A DNA stretch of 34,662 nucleotides. It comes from Fonticula alba ATCC 38817 (taxonomy: Eukaryota > Protista > Nucleariida). The notes below the pieces were generated by a model, which saw nothing but the letters and a program-made list of their open reading frames with translations, ran no database searches and had not been told where the DNA came from. The first letter of the stretch is position 1, and every line of letters starts with the position of its first letter. Of this stretch, positions 33,255-34,662 are shown piece after piece. Made by a program: the position numbers and the translations under genes. The stretch lies in NCBI GenBank assembly GCA_000388065.2, contig KB932202.1; one strand, 5' to 3'.

Positions 33255-33980
33255 CTATTGTGTTGTGTCCAGGCGGATGCGCTTGCGCGGGCCAACGGTG
33301 TTGGCTGGTCGAGAACGGCGGCGGGCCTTGTGCAGGGTTTCTTTTTGGCCCTGACGCGTTGGTTTCCCCGGGCCGCGCGCGGGCCGGCGGAGTGATCGGA
33401 TCGCGGCTCGTCCAACGGCCGGGGACGCGGGACCCGCGGAAAGACGCCTGGCAGGGCTCGCTGCGGCTGGCCGGGCGGGACCTGGCGCGAGGGCGGAAGC
33501 GGCGGCCAACCGGCTGGCAGCCCGCGCCAGGCGCCGGGCCTGGCGCCGTTCGAAACGTCGCCGGCGGAGAAGCCCACGATGAAGGAGAAAGTGGGGGGCT
33601 CGGTTGCGCAAACGCCGTCGGGCCGCGGCCATGGCTGCACCTCGGGACACATTATCTTGATGCCATGCTACCAGGGCACACGTTGGGCAGCCGGCCTCAC
33701 CGGGCCCGAGGCAGCCGGCATGCCCGCGCACCGCGAGGAAGGACAAGGCGATGGTGGCCCGTCCAGGGCCCCGGGCCGGGGACAGCCCTGGGGGGATCTG
33801 CTTCAATGCCGCGTCCAGCGAGTCCCGGTGAAAGCGCAAGGCGTCAACGAGCGTGGCTGTATAGGGTGCCTGCGGTCGGGGATCCGGCGCTGGGGAATGA
33901 CCAGCGCGGCGCCGGCGCTGGCGTTGCCGCCGGCGGAACAGCCGTCTCGGCATGCGATCCACCTCGGGGCTTGGACTCAT
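33255..33980 (-). CDS. Hypothetical Arg-rich protein (241 aa from ATG 33980; frame open up to 34430); exon structure unresolved
   Basis: Long open frame with a protein-like core (PYTATLVDALRFHRDSLDAALKQIPPG...HAGCLGPGEAGCPTC) ending in an NLS-like PRKRIRL. No family recognised, and GC-rich frames stay open easily. Confidence 0.3.
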   Translation of the reverse strand: MSPSPEVDRMPRRLFRRRQRQRRRRAGHSPAPDPRPQAPYTATLVDALRFHRDSLDAALKQIPPGLSPARGPGRATIALSFLAVRGHAGCLGPGEAGCPTCALVAWHQDNVSRGAAMAAARRRLRNRAPHFLLHRGLLRRRRFERRQARRLARAASRLAAASALAPGPARPAAASPARRLSAGPASPAVGRAAIRSLRRPARGPGKPTRQGQKETLHKARRRSRPANTVGPRKRIRLDTTQ

Positions 33981-34662
33981 CCGGGGCCTGGGGGGGGGGG
34001 GGGGGGGAGAGACTCGCCGGGGGGGGGGGCGGGGAGGAGGGGGGACACGCGCCCCGCGCGGGGGCCGGGCCGGGGCCGGGGCCGAGGGGGGAGGGGGGGG
34101 GGCGCACACATGTATCCTCAGCCCTGTTGGCCGACTCTGCGCGGCACCCCTTGGTGTTTGGACTGGCACCCGGGGCGGTTGTCTGGCCTGGACCCGGGGG
34201 CGGGGGGGGGGGCGGGGAAACGGGCATGGGCTCCTCCTCCAGTCCATGCGGCACGGTATTGGCGCGGCACTCGGGGGGGGGGGGGCTTCCTGTCCCTGGT
34301 GCATGTGGCGCCCGGGAGGGGGCATCGTGCGTGAGTGTGTAAGGGGAGCCCGGGCAAGGCGACCACTGTCTGACTCCTTCTCCGCGGGATGTTCCTGGGT
34401 CTTACTCACCGGGCGGGGGGGGGGGGGCATTTTTTTGACCCCGCCCTAGGCTCCGCCCCGTCTCTTCCCCCCCCCCCCTCTCTCCTGCGGGCGCCCCGAG
34501 GTCCAGTTGGTCAAAGGGCGGTTCTCCTGCTGGGACCGAGGGGGGAGGGCGGGGGCGAGGTGGGGTGCCCCCCAAGCAAGCCATCATTCTACCCCGGGAG
34601 TGTGCGCCCGGGCCCGGCTGCGCAGCCGGGTCGGGGGAGGGAGGCCGCTGGGCGGGGGGGGG

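Overview
This is eukaryotic, GC-rich, intron-rich genomic DNA with six assembly gaps (N runs at 12485-13305, 17671-17755, 21063-21357, 22614-23423, 31221-31325, 32831-33013). Seven genes can be reconstructed by hand with consistent splice phases: an intronless, divergent beta-tubulin (+), a very large RICTOR/AVO3 homologue (+, 3' end lost in a gap), a CaMKK/Ssp1-family kinase (-, 3' end lost in the same gap), DAD1/OST2 (-), a METTL7/TMT1-like methyltransferase (+), GOLPH3/VPS74 (-) and a ~2100-aa TMEM94-like P-type-ATPase-fold protein (-). There is also a possible orphan ORF near the right end. The gene set, fungal-type CTRAC branch points and microsatellite-filled introns suggest a unicellular opisthokont; the style resembles Fonticula, but that is inference and unverified. 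I found no tRNA, rRNA, CRISPR array, transposon or clearly novel multi-gene system. The strongest unusual signals are a 5' splice-site consensus with C at +4 (38 of 42 donors, none with A), loss of the phosphorylatable Asp and a GMN-to-GMH change in the TMEM94 homologue, and an atypical beta-tubulin tail. Comparisons to human or yeast motifs are from memory and need alignment. Most long ORFs in the supplied track are GC-rich off-frame or antisense shadows.
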